Below, in pieces: positions 49,042 through 58,106 of a DNA stretch of 64,000 nucleotides (position 1 is its first letter; each line of letters begins with the position of its first letter). A program made the position numbers and the translations under genes. The stretch comes from a virus: positions 23,129 to 87,128 of the IMG/VR virus record IMGVR_UViG_3300029825_000002; one strand, given 5' to 3'. Under the pieces are notes generated by a model. It saw nothing but the letters and a program-made list of their open reading frames with translations, was not told the DNA's origin and did no database searches.

Positions 49042-49047
49042 TTAATT

Positions 49048-49076
49048 AAGAGTACCTTTAATGAGTACTCTTTTTT
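49048..49076 (+). terminator. Intrinsic terminator
   Basis: AAGAGTAC/GTACTCTT stem plus T run. Confidence 0.75.
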
Positions 49077-49437
49077 ATTATCTAAAATAGGGGTAGCATT
49101 AACGGAGTATATTTAGGGGTATACTTAACTAGGATATTATATATAGGATTTTGTAAGGAGATTTTGTTGATGATTTTGCAGTATATCTTTGAATTTATAT
49201 CTAGTTAAAACTATCTAAAAAGTAGAAAATTTTCGGGAAAGAATTTAATAATTATTATATTAATTATAGAGATAGATATACATGAAATATATACAGAAAT
49301 AACACTCAAATACGCCTCAAATATACAGGACAAATACTACTTAATATTTTAACTAATAATAGGTATTTAAATATGTTTTATAAGAATATTACGCTAAATT
49401 AATAATTTTATTAAAATCGAATTTTTCCTCAAAAAAT

Positions 49438-49631
49438 GAAAATGTTGCGGTAGAAAATGAACCTTTATTAATGATTATAATAGTAGTAATAACAACAATG
49501 ATATAAACAATAATAATAATAGTAGTAATGATGATAACAATAATGATTGTATTAAATGAATTCTATACTATTGATTAAACTATTATAATAACTATTATAA
49601 TAACTATATTAAAAATGAGAAAATGTTGCGG
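49438..49631. repeat. Direct repeats GAAAATGTTGCGG x2 flanking a tandem AACTATTATAAT repeat
   Basis: 13-mers at 49438 and 49619; 12-mer tandem at 49578-49607. Confidence 0.8.
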
Positions 49632-50171
49632 AAGAAATGAAAGTATTAGTAGTTGTTATAAAGAGAGTAAAGATACTAATAGTAATAAGAATAATACATA
49701 TAGTTATAATGAATATAGATTTATACACTAAAATACCTGATATACGTTCCCTCAACCCCCTTTACACTTCTCTGTACCTAGGCACACTTTTATTAATTTA
49801 GTTAATTTTTAAGGTAATTAAGGTTAATTTAGGTCAATTGGAAAAAGAATTACCAATTTATTTTACGAGAAATCAACGTCTAGTGTCAATCTCTACAGGG
49901 GTAAAACACTTAATAATTTCCAGTTTTATTTCCAATTCCATAGGTTATCAGGTTATTTTTAATAGGTACAGGCTAGGATTACTCGCCACCCCCTCTCTGA
50001 ACCACGATTAAAGAAACCTTCTTTTCCGATTTTCTAGGAGCTTTTAAGGACTTTATAATATGATAGGAATAACCTGATTAGGAGTTATATTTTAACTAAT
50101 TAAGTGATTCTGCATAACTTATTAAGGATATACTTCAAAATGCTCTTATTTAGGATGAATTTCAACCGTCA

Positions 50172-50515
50172 TTAATAACATATAGGTTACTTTTATACAA
50201 GTTACTTAATAACATATAGGGTATTCTATTTAATTAGGTTATCTATATTGAATAACTATATTAATAAATATAGTTAGGTTTATTGAAATGAACTTTTACT
50301 CTAGGTTACTTTCTCTTTTTTTATTACTTATTACTACTATAAAAAGTAACTCATTAATGATTATTACTATTATATGTTTAGTTATTATTCTTTATTACAT
50401 CTTATATTATATAGTTATAAAAAGTAGCGTCAATCACACTTTTATCCGCTCATTTACCCACTTTTTAGTCAGGTTACTTGTTACTCTATGAGTTGTTTGT
50501 ATTATATAGTTAGGT
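50172..50515. repeat. Iteron-like direct repeats
   Basis: TTAATAACATATAGG at 50172 and 50206; ATATAGTTAGGT at 50268 and 50504; AGGTTAC x3. Confidence 0.7.
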
Positions 50516-50567
50516 CATGATATAATAACCATATTGAATTATAACTTAAAAAAAAGAATAGGGGCGG

Positions 50568-51146
50568 TTGAAAATGAAATTACATTTAAAAAAGAATATT
50601 AAGGATGATAGCTTAGTAGGTATGTTTTATATTATTGATTGTAGCAGGAAAGATAACCCTGATTTTTGGCAATTAAGGACTAGGAAGGAACACTTTGTGT
50701 TGAGTGCTACTGGAGGTAAGGATAAAATACTTGAATGTTTAACTAATATAGTAAAAAAATATAAGTATAAACACGTTATTAATAGATTAGTAACTCAACA
50801 AATAAATGATTATAATCATTTATCAGGTGGTACTAAAAATGTAGATTTAACTCCCGCGGAACGTTTATCATTAAGAGAAAAGCATCAAAAGGAATTAGAC
50901 GCAGAGTATGAAACAAAGGGAAAGCAATATAATCAGGAAATAAACAATATAATTAGAAATATAGAAGGTAATAGAACTAATAACGTTAAACATAGGAAAC
51001 CTCATATAATTGGACTTAAAAAACATACTACTAATAATACTGGAACTATTAATGTAGAATTAAATTTACCTGCATCTAAAATAAATATATTGAAGAAAAA
51101 ACCTATTAAACATAATACTTTTAAGAAACTTAAATTAAAACATTAA
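50568..51146 (+). CDS. Isolated basic hypothetical protein
   Basis: 192-aa ORF between non-coding tracts with its own terminator. Confidence 0.6.
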   Translation: MKMKLHLKKNIKDDSLVGMFYIIDCSRKDNPDFWQLRTRKEHFVLSATGGKDKILECLTNIVKKYKYKHVINRLVTQQINDYNHLSGGTKNVDLTPAERLSLREKHQKELDAEYETKGKQYNQEINNIIRNIEGNRTNNVKHRKPHIIGLKKHTTNNTGTINVELNLPASKINILKKKPIKHNTFKKLKLKH

Positions 51147-51155
51147 TAATTCTCC

Positions 51156-51182
51156 AGGCACCTTTTATTGGGTGTCTTTTTT
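51156..51182 (+). terminator. Intrinsic terminator
   Basis: AGGCACC/GGTGTCT stem plus T run. Confidence 0.75.
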
Positions 51183-51491
51183 CTTGCCATTTTTACTCTA
51201 TGTTATTTAAAAGCGTTTTAAGCTTATTTTAAGCTCATTTAGTATTAAGTCATATATTTATACCTTTTTTCATTTCTAATTGATTTTAGAGCCAATTTGA
51301 CACGCTTATTTATATACTATTCTTTAGTTGTTCAGAGTAACCTATTTTACTAGTCTTCATTAATTTATATGCTTATTTTACTAAGAATATTACTAATTTC
51401 AAAAAAATTTTTTGAAGTTGTAAAGCATTGATACATCTATTGTTAAGTTACTTTGATTATGACCAAATATGACAAAATCAAAAAATTTTTC

Positions 51492-51520
51492 TTGACATAC
51501 TTATACACTTGATGTACTAT
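51492..51520 (+). promoter_or_regulatory. Strong SigA-type promoter with A/T-tract UP element
   Basis: TTGACA-17-TACTAT preceded by AAAAAATTTTTC. Confidence 0.85.
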
Positions 51521-51568
51521 AATAACTGTAAACAAGAAATGCATAAACAAAACAACACAAGTAACACA

Positions 51569-51580
51569 GTTCTTTGACAA
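51569..51580 (+). promoter_or_regulatory. BoxA-like antitermination element
   Basis: GTTCTTTGACAA resembles the Firmicute rRNA-leader boxA GTTCTTTGAAAA. Confidence 0.5.
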
Positions 51581-51589
51581 ATAAATATA

Positions 51590-51890
51590 TGAAAGTAACT
51601 ATATGAAAGCACTATACGCTTATATAATTGTTATGTGATTGACAATTAAGCACTAATTAAAATATAGGTATAAGAAAGTTGGCGGAAATAGGAATACATT
51701 AGTTAGTGTGTTGAGTAAAGTAATAGTTTATAAGTAGTGTATGACTAAGTGAGTACAGAGTGTTTACAATGTAAATACGTGTCAACGGTGAAATATTCTA
51801 ATGACCTAAAGATTTTATTGTAAAGAAAATAAAGTCTGAAGTATAAAAGTAATATAGTTACCAGTAATGTATTTTATATCGTTCCTCCTT
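51590..51890 (+). ncRNA. Putative structured leader RNA (~300 nt) with crossing long-range helices
   Basis: No ORF; perfect 10-bp and 9-bp long-range complements plus three local hairpins (see findings). Confidence 0.55.
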
Positions 51891-51917
51891 TTAGTTTTCA
51901 ATTTTAATTATTTATTG

Positions 51918-51966
51918 ATTATTGTTAGAAGGTATATTAAGTTTTGTGTACCCTCTATAGAGTAAT
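51918..51966 (+). repeat. Intergenic hairpin repeat 1
   Basis: ATTATTGTTAG-[stem-loop]-CTATAGAGTAAT. Confidence 0.8.
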
Positions 51967-51996
51967 TAAAATTTTAAATGAAAGAAGTGTTTTATT

Positions 51997-52230
51997 ATGA
52001 TGTATAAAAAGTTAAAAATAATGATTAATGACTTAGTTGACCAAATTCCAGAAAAACATATTAGATACAGCCTATTTAATAAATCTGAAATTAAACAAGA
52101 GTATATCGACCAGGTTAAAAATAATGATTATGAGTGTATGTTTAATTATTTACATTCTTTAAACATTAATACTAATTCATTGTTAAAACTTATAATCAAA
52201 ACTAGATTAAGAAAAGAAGGTGAAATGTAA
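51997..52230 (+). CDS. Hypothetical early protein
   Basis: ORF after hairpin 1. Confidence 0.55.
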   Translation: MMYKKLKIMINDLVDQIPEKHIRYSLFNKSEIKQEYIDQVKNNDYECMFNYLHSLNINTNSLLKLIIKTRLRKEGEM

Positions 52231-52349
52231 TGGTAAAAGTAATATTTATCAATGGAACTGTAAAAGAATATAATAGAAGATATTTTCAGGATATTATAAT
52301 AAATTATTTCCGCAGGTCCATCTTTACATGGAAATTCATTTAGGTTACA

Positions 52350-52400
52350 TAGTTATTGTTAGAATACATACTCAAATGTATGTATTCAATAGAGTAACTA
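52350..52400 (+). repeat. Intergenic hairpin repeat 2
   Basis: TAGTTATTGTTA-GAATACATAC..GTATGTATTC-AATAGAGTAACTA. Confidence 0.85.
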
Positions 52401-52446
52401 AGTTACTTTAAAATTAAAAATTGATAAACGAAAGGATGATAAAATA

Positions 52447-53253
52447 ATGAAAACTATAAAAAAAGAAGATATGGTAAAGGATATAGTAGCAGGAAGAAAA
52501 AATGCTTGTGAGGAATCAAAAGCTATAATTGATTTTATAGCAACAACTTTTAAGGACAATCCTAGAAATTTAACATTAAAGGAGATACAAGACAATCAAG
52601 CTAGGATATTTACTTTGAATAAACAAGCTAAACTTCCTATTGAAGCTAATAAGAAAAAACTTAAAAAATCAGACAAGAAAAATCCAAAGGATAAAGTAGA
52701 AGAGGTTGCAGAAAAAATAGTTAATATAATAGATGCTAAAAAACCTATTGAAACTAGTACTAAGGTATTAAAGAAAGTGGATAAGAAAGAGGATAAAAAG
52801 GACACTAAAAAACTACATAAGAATAAAGACAACAAAATAACTTTAAAAGTCAAAGAAGTTCCACAAATTTTCCCACCTCACTTTGAGAATAAAGAAATTG
52901 GGAAGTTTCAATTAAGAAGTGATATTAAAAGTATTAAAGATTTATACAAAGAAATAGAAGACGGAAAGGAACTTTATATTTGTACCTATTGGAATAAAAC
53001 AGACCTTAAAAAATATACTTATGACCCATTAAGTATAAATAAAGAGGATATTCCAGAATTTGAACTTGACCTAGATATTATGTCAATTATGTTTTGTAGT
53101 GAAGAAGGTAAGGTTGTTTATGGGGTAAGTTTATATACTGAAGTAAACTCCGCTTTCCTTCCTCATGGTTTTAAAACAGACGAAAAAACAGGTTGTAGAT
53201 ATACAAATGGAATGGAATATCAGGTTTATGAGCTTGTATCAGAAAAAAAGTAG
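52447..53253 (+). CDS. Lys-rich hypothetical early protein
   Basis: AAAGGA SD; its TAG stop forms the first bases of hairpin 3. Confidence 0.7.
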   Translation: MKTIKKEDMVKDIVAGRKNACEESKAIIDFIATTFKDNPRNLTLKEIQDNQARIFTLNKQAKLPIEANKKKLKKSDKKNPKDKVEEVAEKIVNIIDAKKPIETSTKVLKKVDKKEDKKDTKKLHKNKDNKITLKVKEVPQIFPPHFENKEIGKFQLRSDIKSIKDLYKEIEDGKELYICTYWNKTDLKKYTYDPLSINKEDIPEFELDLDIMSIMFCSEEGKVVYGVSLYTEVNSAFLPHGFKTDEKTGCRYTNGMEYQVYELVSEKK

Positions 53254-53299
53254 TTATTGTTAGAATGTATTCTAAGGAGTACATTCTATAGAGTAACTA
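53251..53299 (+). repeat. Intergenic hairpin repeat 3
   Basis: TAGTTATTGTT-AGAATGTATTC..GAGTACATTCT-ATAGAGTAACTA. Confidence 0.85.
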
Positions 53300-53339
53300 A
53301 GGTTACTACTTTAAAATTAAAAATTAGGGGGAAATAAAA

Positions 53340-53825
53340 ATGATGAATAAAAATGATTTAATAAATGATTTTATAAGTGGAGAAACTAAAGGTAAGGCTA
53401 GTAATTTATATATTGAAGGTGATAAACTTGTCAATTATAGTACTGTAATTGCTTTTAGGTGTAGTACTTCAGGTCATTCTGATATTATACTTGTAAATAC
53501 TGATTATTACAGTATGACAACTAGGCAAAATCAATGCAATATAATTAGGTCTATGTACTATGGTTATAAAATACCTGATGAAAAAGCTTTTTATAGAACT
53601 ATGAGTTATTTAAAAACATATGGTTTTACACCAGAACTAAAAGAACAACTTGAAATGTTATCATTAAATATTAGTATGGCAGAGGGTAGAAAAGAGGATA
53701 GACCTAAAGGAGTAACAAAGAAAATGGCAGGAGAGAATTTAATGAAAAGAATAGAAGAGTTTAGAAAGTTTTTAATAACACCTAAAGAGGAAATAGAATC
53801 TAAGGAAGTAGCTATTACAGAGTAA
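53340..53825 (+). CDS. Hypothetical early protein
   Basis: AGGGGG SD; LVNYSTVIA..YYSMTTRQNQ. Confidence 0.65.
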   Translation: MMNKNDLINDFISGETKGKASNLYIEGDKLVNYSTVIAFRCSTSGHSDIILVNTDYYSMTTRQNQCNIIRSMYYGYKIPDEKAFYRTMSYLKTYGFTPELKEQLEMLSLNISMAEGRKEDRPKGVTKKMAGENLMKRIEEFRKFLITPKEEIESKEVAITE

Positions 53826-53881
53826 TAAACATTGTATAGAGTGCATATAATATGTATTATACGCACTCAATAGAGTGTTTA
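53826..53881 (+). repeat. Intergenic hairpin repeat 4
   Basis: TAAACATTGTATA-GAGTGC..GCACTC-AATAGAGTGTTTA. Confidence 0.85.
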
Positions 53882-53910
53882 ACACTTAATAAAGTTTTGG
53901 AGGTAATAAA

Positions 53911-54264
53911 ATGAAGGATAAATATGAAAACTACGGAGACATAAACCCATTAGTATATGGAGGACAGTGGATTAAACAAACAGGGGAAAGTGAATATGAC
54001 ATTATTACTTTACAAATAGATGAGGATAATGGAAACTATTATTTAGGTGGATGCTTATTAGATATAACGGATACCTGGATAAATAAAAAAAGTGTAGAAG
54101 ATAATATGGACACTATTAAAGATAATAAACTTTATGCACTTAATGTTGTTGGTTATTATGGGGTAGAGAACTGCGGTGGTAGTATAGAAACTTTAAAAAC
54201 ACAGGAAGAAGTAATAGAAAGATTAAATGATATGGGAATAACTGAATTGGGAGAATTGGAGTAA
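53911..54264 (+). CDS. Acidic hypothetical early protein
   Basis: GGAGG SD; ENYGDINP..YGG; TAA stop starts hairpin 5. Confidence 0.7.
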   Translation: MKDKYENYGDINPLVYGGQWIKQTGESEYDIITLQIDEDNGNYYLGGCLLDITDTWINKKSVEDNMDTIKDNKLYALNVVGYYGVENCGGSIETLKTQEEVIERLNDMGITELGELE

Positions 54265-54315
54265 ACATTGTTAGAGAATACACAGCACTTAGGTGTATTC
54301 TGTATAGAGTGTTTA
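54262..54315 (+). repeat. Intergenic hairpin repeat 5
   Basis: TAAACATTGTTAG-AGAATACAC..GTGTATTCT-GTATAGAGTGTTTA. Confidence 0.85.
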
Positions 54316-54344
54316 TACATTCAAAAGTTTAAGGAGGGGTATAA

Positions 54345-54524
54345 ATGGATGCTAAAATTATGGATGAAAAATTGGATAAATGCATTGAAGAAGCAGGAAA
54401 GGATGAAGTTATCAGGAGTTTATTTTACTGGTTAGATGAGTCAGATAGGGAGGAATTTTTGGATGCATTTATGATTAATTGGAATATACCTGATAAGGAC
54501 TTTGAAATAGAGGGGGAGGAATAA
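54345..54524 (+). CDS. Small acidic protein (59 aa)
   Basis: AAGGAGG SD; not in ORF track. Confidence 0.6.
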   Translation: MDAKIMDEKLDKCIEEAGKDEVIRSLFYWLDESDREEFLDAFMINWNIPDKDFEIEGEE

Positions 54525-54526
54525 AA

Positions 54527-54925
54527 ATGGAAGGTAGTTTTACATATACAGTTAACAAGGATATAGTATCTTTAATAGATGCTACTACTATGAATAAGGT
54601 ATCAATTAATATTGATACCCTTCAAGCAACTTTAAATGAGATTAAAATTAAGAAGTTTACTGACTATTTTATGAATTCTAATAAGAATTTAATTGACTTA
54701 ATTAGGGAAACTCTTTTAGAAGGACTTATACCTTATTATAGATATGATATTTTAGGTTGTTTTGATGTACGTTCTATAAAAGGTAAATCCATAAAAGTTG
54801 TGGATATTACTAATAAAGTTACTTATATACCAAAGAAGGAATTTACTATTAAGGATTACCCAAAACAAAACTTTTATTTTAAAGTATATGAAGATGCTGT
54901 GGAAGATGTAAGGGAGGATTTATAA
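54527..54925 (+). CDS. Hypothetical protein
   Basis: GGAGG SD. Confidence 0.6.
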   Translation: MEGSFTYTVNKDIVSLIDATTMNKVSINIDTLQATLNEIKIKKFTDYFMNSNKNLIDLIRETLLEGLIPYYRYDILGCFDVRSIKGKSIKVVDITNKVTYIPKKEFTIKDYPKQNFYFKVYEDAVEDVREDL

Positions 54926-55176
54926 TGACTATTAATGAACTTGTTAACGCTCTATATAAGAATAATTTAAACGCCTTTACTTTCGGCGTTTATTATTTTA
55001 ATCATAAGTATACAATGAGTTTAAAAGGTTCTTATCCTGAAGAGTATGCACCACTTCTAGGTTTTATTGGTGGTAATTCTAATATTAATTATACTAAAAA
55101 GGAGATTGAGGATGAAATAATAGAAATGCAAGTATGTAGTGTATGTTATATAAATAAGGAGGAATTAAAAAAATGA
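54925..55176 (+). CDS. Hypothetical protein
   Basis: Translationally coupled ORF. Confidence 0.55.
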   Translation: MTINELVNALYKNNLNAFTFGVYYFNHKYTMSLKGSYPEEYAPLLGFIGGNSNINYTKKEIEDEIIEMQVCSVCYINKEELKK

Positions 55177-55622
55177 ATATTAAAGAATACGTCGGGGAAA
55201 ATAAGAACTTTAAGGAGACTTATATCAAATTAATTAATGAAATAGGATTTACTAGATTATATAACTTGTTACCAGAAAAAAGAAAGGAGGTTTTAATAAA
55301 GAAGTATAAAAAGGATAAAAACTTAAATAATATTCAAATAAAAAGTTGGGATAATAAACAACCTTATATAAAACCCTTGTTAAAAAACTTAGGAATTAAT
55401 TGTATTTGTGTTTCTGATATTGTATGCCTGTTAAAAGAAACCGCTATATTATATATTAAATATTGTACCTGGACTGAATCTTGTATTAAGGTTACTCATG
55501 GATTAAGTAATCAGGAAGAAGATGAAATTGCAGGTAAGTTCTTTAATGAATATTTAGGTGAGCCTGTTTCATCCCTTACCATATTACAATTAAGTAAAGT
55601 TTATAATAATGATTTTAGATAA
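55173..55622 (+). CDS. Hypothetical protein
   Basis: AAGGAGG SD. Confidence 0.55.
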   Translation: MNIKEYVGENKNFKETYIKLINEIGFTRLYNLLPEKRKEVLIKKYKKDKNLNNIQIKSWDNKQPYIKPLLKNLGINCICVSDIVCLLKETAILYIKYCTWTESCIKVTHGLSNQEEDEIAGKFFNEYLGEPVSSLTILQLSKVYNNDFR

Positions 55623-55656
55623 TTATTTTAGTAACCTTGTTACATACCTTTTATAT

Positions 55657-55682
55657 AGCACCTTTTTATAGGTGCTTTTTTT
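55657..55682 (+). terminator. Intrinsic terminator
   Basis: AGCACC/GGTGCT stem plus T run. Confidence 0.75.
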
Positions 55683-55696
55683 ATTGCCTATTACAT

Positions 55697-55746
55697 AAAA
55701 AGAAAACCGTTATATAGTTAACTCTATACAGCGGTTTCTTTTTTTT
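55697..55746. terminator. Bidirectional terminator
   Basis: AAAAAGAAAACCG..CGGTTTCTTTTTTTT. Confidence 0.7.
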
Positions 55747-56977
55747 AAGTTATAGGAGAGACTATTACACTATGTTATTTACAGGCACTTATTATACTAC
55801 TCTTTATATACCTTTATGTCAAACGCCTTTCTATATATGCCTTTCTATTACCCTTCTATATAACACATATACAGGACCTTATATGTAGTACCTTATATAC
55901 ATTTTATATCATGTTATTATATCAATCATATAGCACTATATAAGACACTTATATATGATTACTATATAAGTATACCTATATGTATATAAACAATGTTATA
56001 TCATGCAATATGATTGATATAATAACATATAACTATATAACAACTATATAATACAATATACAATTACAATATAACTAATGTATATAAGAATGTAATAAAC
56101 AAATAACAAACAAAACAATATAATAATAAATATAAAATATAATCATATAATATAATCAATAAAGTAATAACCTATGTTGCTATGTTGGCTATTCATGCAT
56201 GAATAAGAATAGAAAGAGCGGGAATATTCAACTTAAAAGAAAGATGCAAGAACGAAAGATATATAAAAAGAATGTTACTTTTAATTTATGCATTATATAT
56301 ACTATATATCTGAAAAATGAATCATGGTAACTTAATTATGCAAGGATAGTTGCCATGCAAACGGTTCTACAATGACCCCACCCTTAAACAGGGGTAGCAT
56401 GATATAGGCATTGCACCTACTGCCACACAAGTGCGATATAAAAATAAGGTTAGTATGTGTTTTTCTTTTATTAATTTATACTATTATTTAGTTACTGGCA
56501 AACATATGCGGAATATTTTTATAGGTATGCATGGTTTAATTTTCAATAGTGCCATACACTTGGAAAGTAAATTTTAGGTATACATATGTTTTTAATTAGT
56601 GCTTTATATATATATATATATATATGAATGATTTTTTAAGTATAGTAAGAGAAAAATTAATAATTACTTCTGCTACTATTAACTTAAATAAGGTTACTTA
56701 AAAATATTCTGGAGAAAAATAAAACATAAAAACACAGGAGTGTTACTTACTTATAAATTTCGTAGTCGTTTGAAACGTCCACAAATATATTATAAAAAAA
56801 TCATTGAAATTAGCTTAGTTAAATACTAAAACACATAAATATACCTAAAATAACTTAGGATAACTAAAAGTAACCTATATGGTTAAATAAATAACATCTA
56901 AATAACATATCTTTACCCCACTTGTATACTATTCAGAGTTTAATTTAAAAATAATTGAAAAATTTAATAAAAAGTAC

Positions 56978-57027
56978 TTGACAAAACACTACAAATAGTG
57001 TATTTTTTCTATTACCTACATAATATA
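56978..57027 (+). promoter_or_regulatory. Promoter with the 23-nt element duplicated from 7787
   Basis: TTGACA-17-TATTTT then TTTTCTATTACCTACATAATATA. Confidence 0.65.
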
Positions 57028-57188
57028 TAATATATAATATATGCTATATAATATTATTTATTATTATGTGTATAATAGGAACATTTCTTTTAGGACATAA
57101 ATCAAAGATTTATTGTTCACTTCGTTCACGTACTCACTAGCGTTCGTACTTTACATTTAAATAAATGAGTTATTAAATTTTAATTGTT

Positions 57189-57217
57189 TGACCTTAACAC
57201 TTAAACATTTTATAATC
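57189..57217 (+). promoter_or_regulatory. SigA-type promoter
   Basis: TTGACC-17-TATAAT. Confidence 0.7.
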
Positions 57218-57268
57218 TAACCATGCTTTAATTTAATAACGTTTTAATAAAAATAAGGAGGGGAAAGT

Positions 57269-57715
57269 ATGGTTAAATTATTAAAAGTGAAAAGATGGGT
57301 AAAAGAACATGATATTAAGTTATCTATAGATGAACCAGATTGTTTAATGGGATATTTTGATAATGATATTGCATTTAGTATTGAACCTGCACTATCACTA
57401 AAGAAAAACTTTACGCATTTTAAATTAAAAATTGGTAATACTAATTTTGATTGTACAAGTCAGCAGTGTATAATTCATGCACTTAACGGTTACTATTTAT
57501 CTATTTTAAAATCTCAATCAAAACCAATTAATGTTTTAATAGATACCTGTACTAATTTAAAAGACGAAAAGCAGTTTAGATTTAGTGCTACTATTCCAGA
57601 AGAAAAAGACGTAGAATATTTATTAAGATTTATGAAAAGCAGATGGAATGTAAACTGTAAATGGGTTAAAGAACATCCTACAGATGCTAACAAAACAAAC
57701 ACAGATGATGAATAA
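57269..57715 (+). CDS. Hypothetical protein
   Basis: AAGGAGG SD. Confidence 0.6.
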   Translation: MVKLLKVKRWVKEHDIKLSIDEPDCLMGYFDNDIAFSIEPALSLKKNFTHFKLKIGNTNFDCTSQQCIIHALNGYYLSILKSQSKPINVLIDTCTNLKDEKQFRFSATIPEEKDVEYLLRFMKSRWNVNCKWVKEHPTDANKTNTDDE

Positions 57716-58106
57716 ACTTAGGTTAATACTAAATTGGAGTAATTGTATTATTAATTAATAAAGGGTGTTAAATTATTATGTATGAAGTACCTGCAAAATG
57801 TATTAATTGTGACCACTGTGAACCAGAAGGGATAGGTTGGAGTTGTACTCCAGAATGTATGCTTTATAAAGAAAAATGTGATGTTGCTTCGGGTTATTGT
57901 GATGTAAATAATAAAAGAGGTGATAAGTAATGTTTAATGTTATAGAAAAGAATACTGGTAAAGTTACTACAGTATATACAACACAGATAATAGAACCAAG
58001 TAACGTAACTATATTTTTAGTTTGGATTGGTAGGTGGAAATGGATTCCTTGTTCAGAGTATATAAACCAGTATTATAAACTAGTATAAAATAAGGAGGGG
58101 TTAGTA

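Noticed and set aside
51820-51895. Minus-strand peptide behind AAAGGAGG
   Set aside because: No ATG/GTG/TTG at SD distance; only a 20-codon ATA-start frame
51918-54315. Hairpin repeats as a CRISPR array or integron attC sites
   Set aside because: The inner sequence varies, spacing follows whole genes, the arms run GTT..AAC rather than AAC..GTT, and no cas1 or integron integrase is in the window
56605-56625. (TA)10 microsatellite as a phase-variation switch
   Set aside because: Not within a gene or an identifiable promoter spacer
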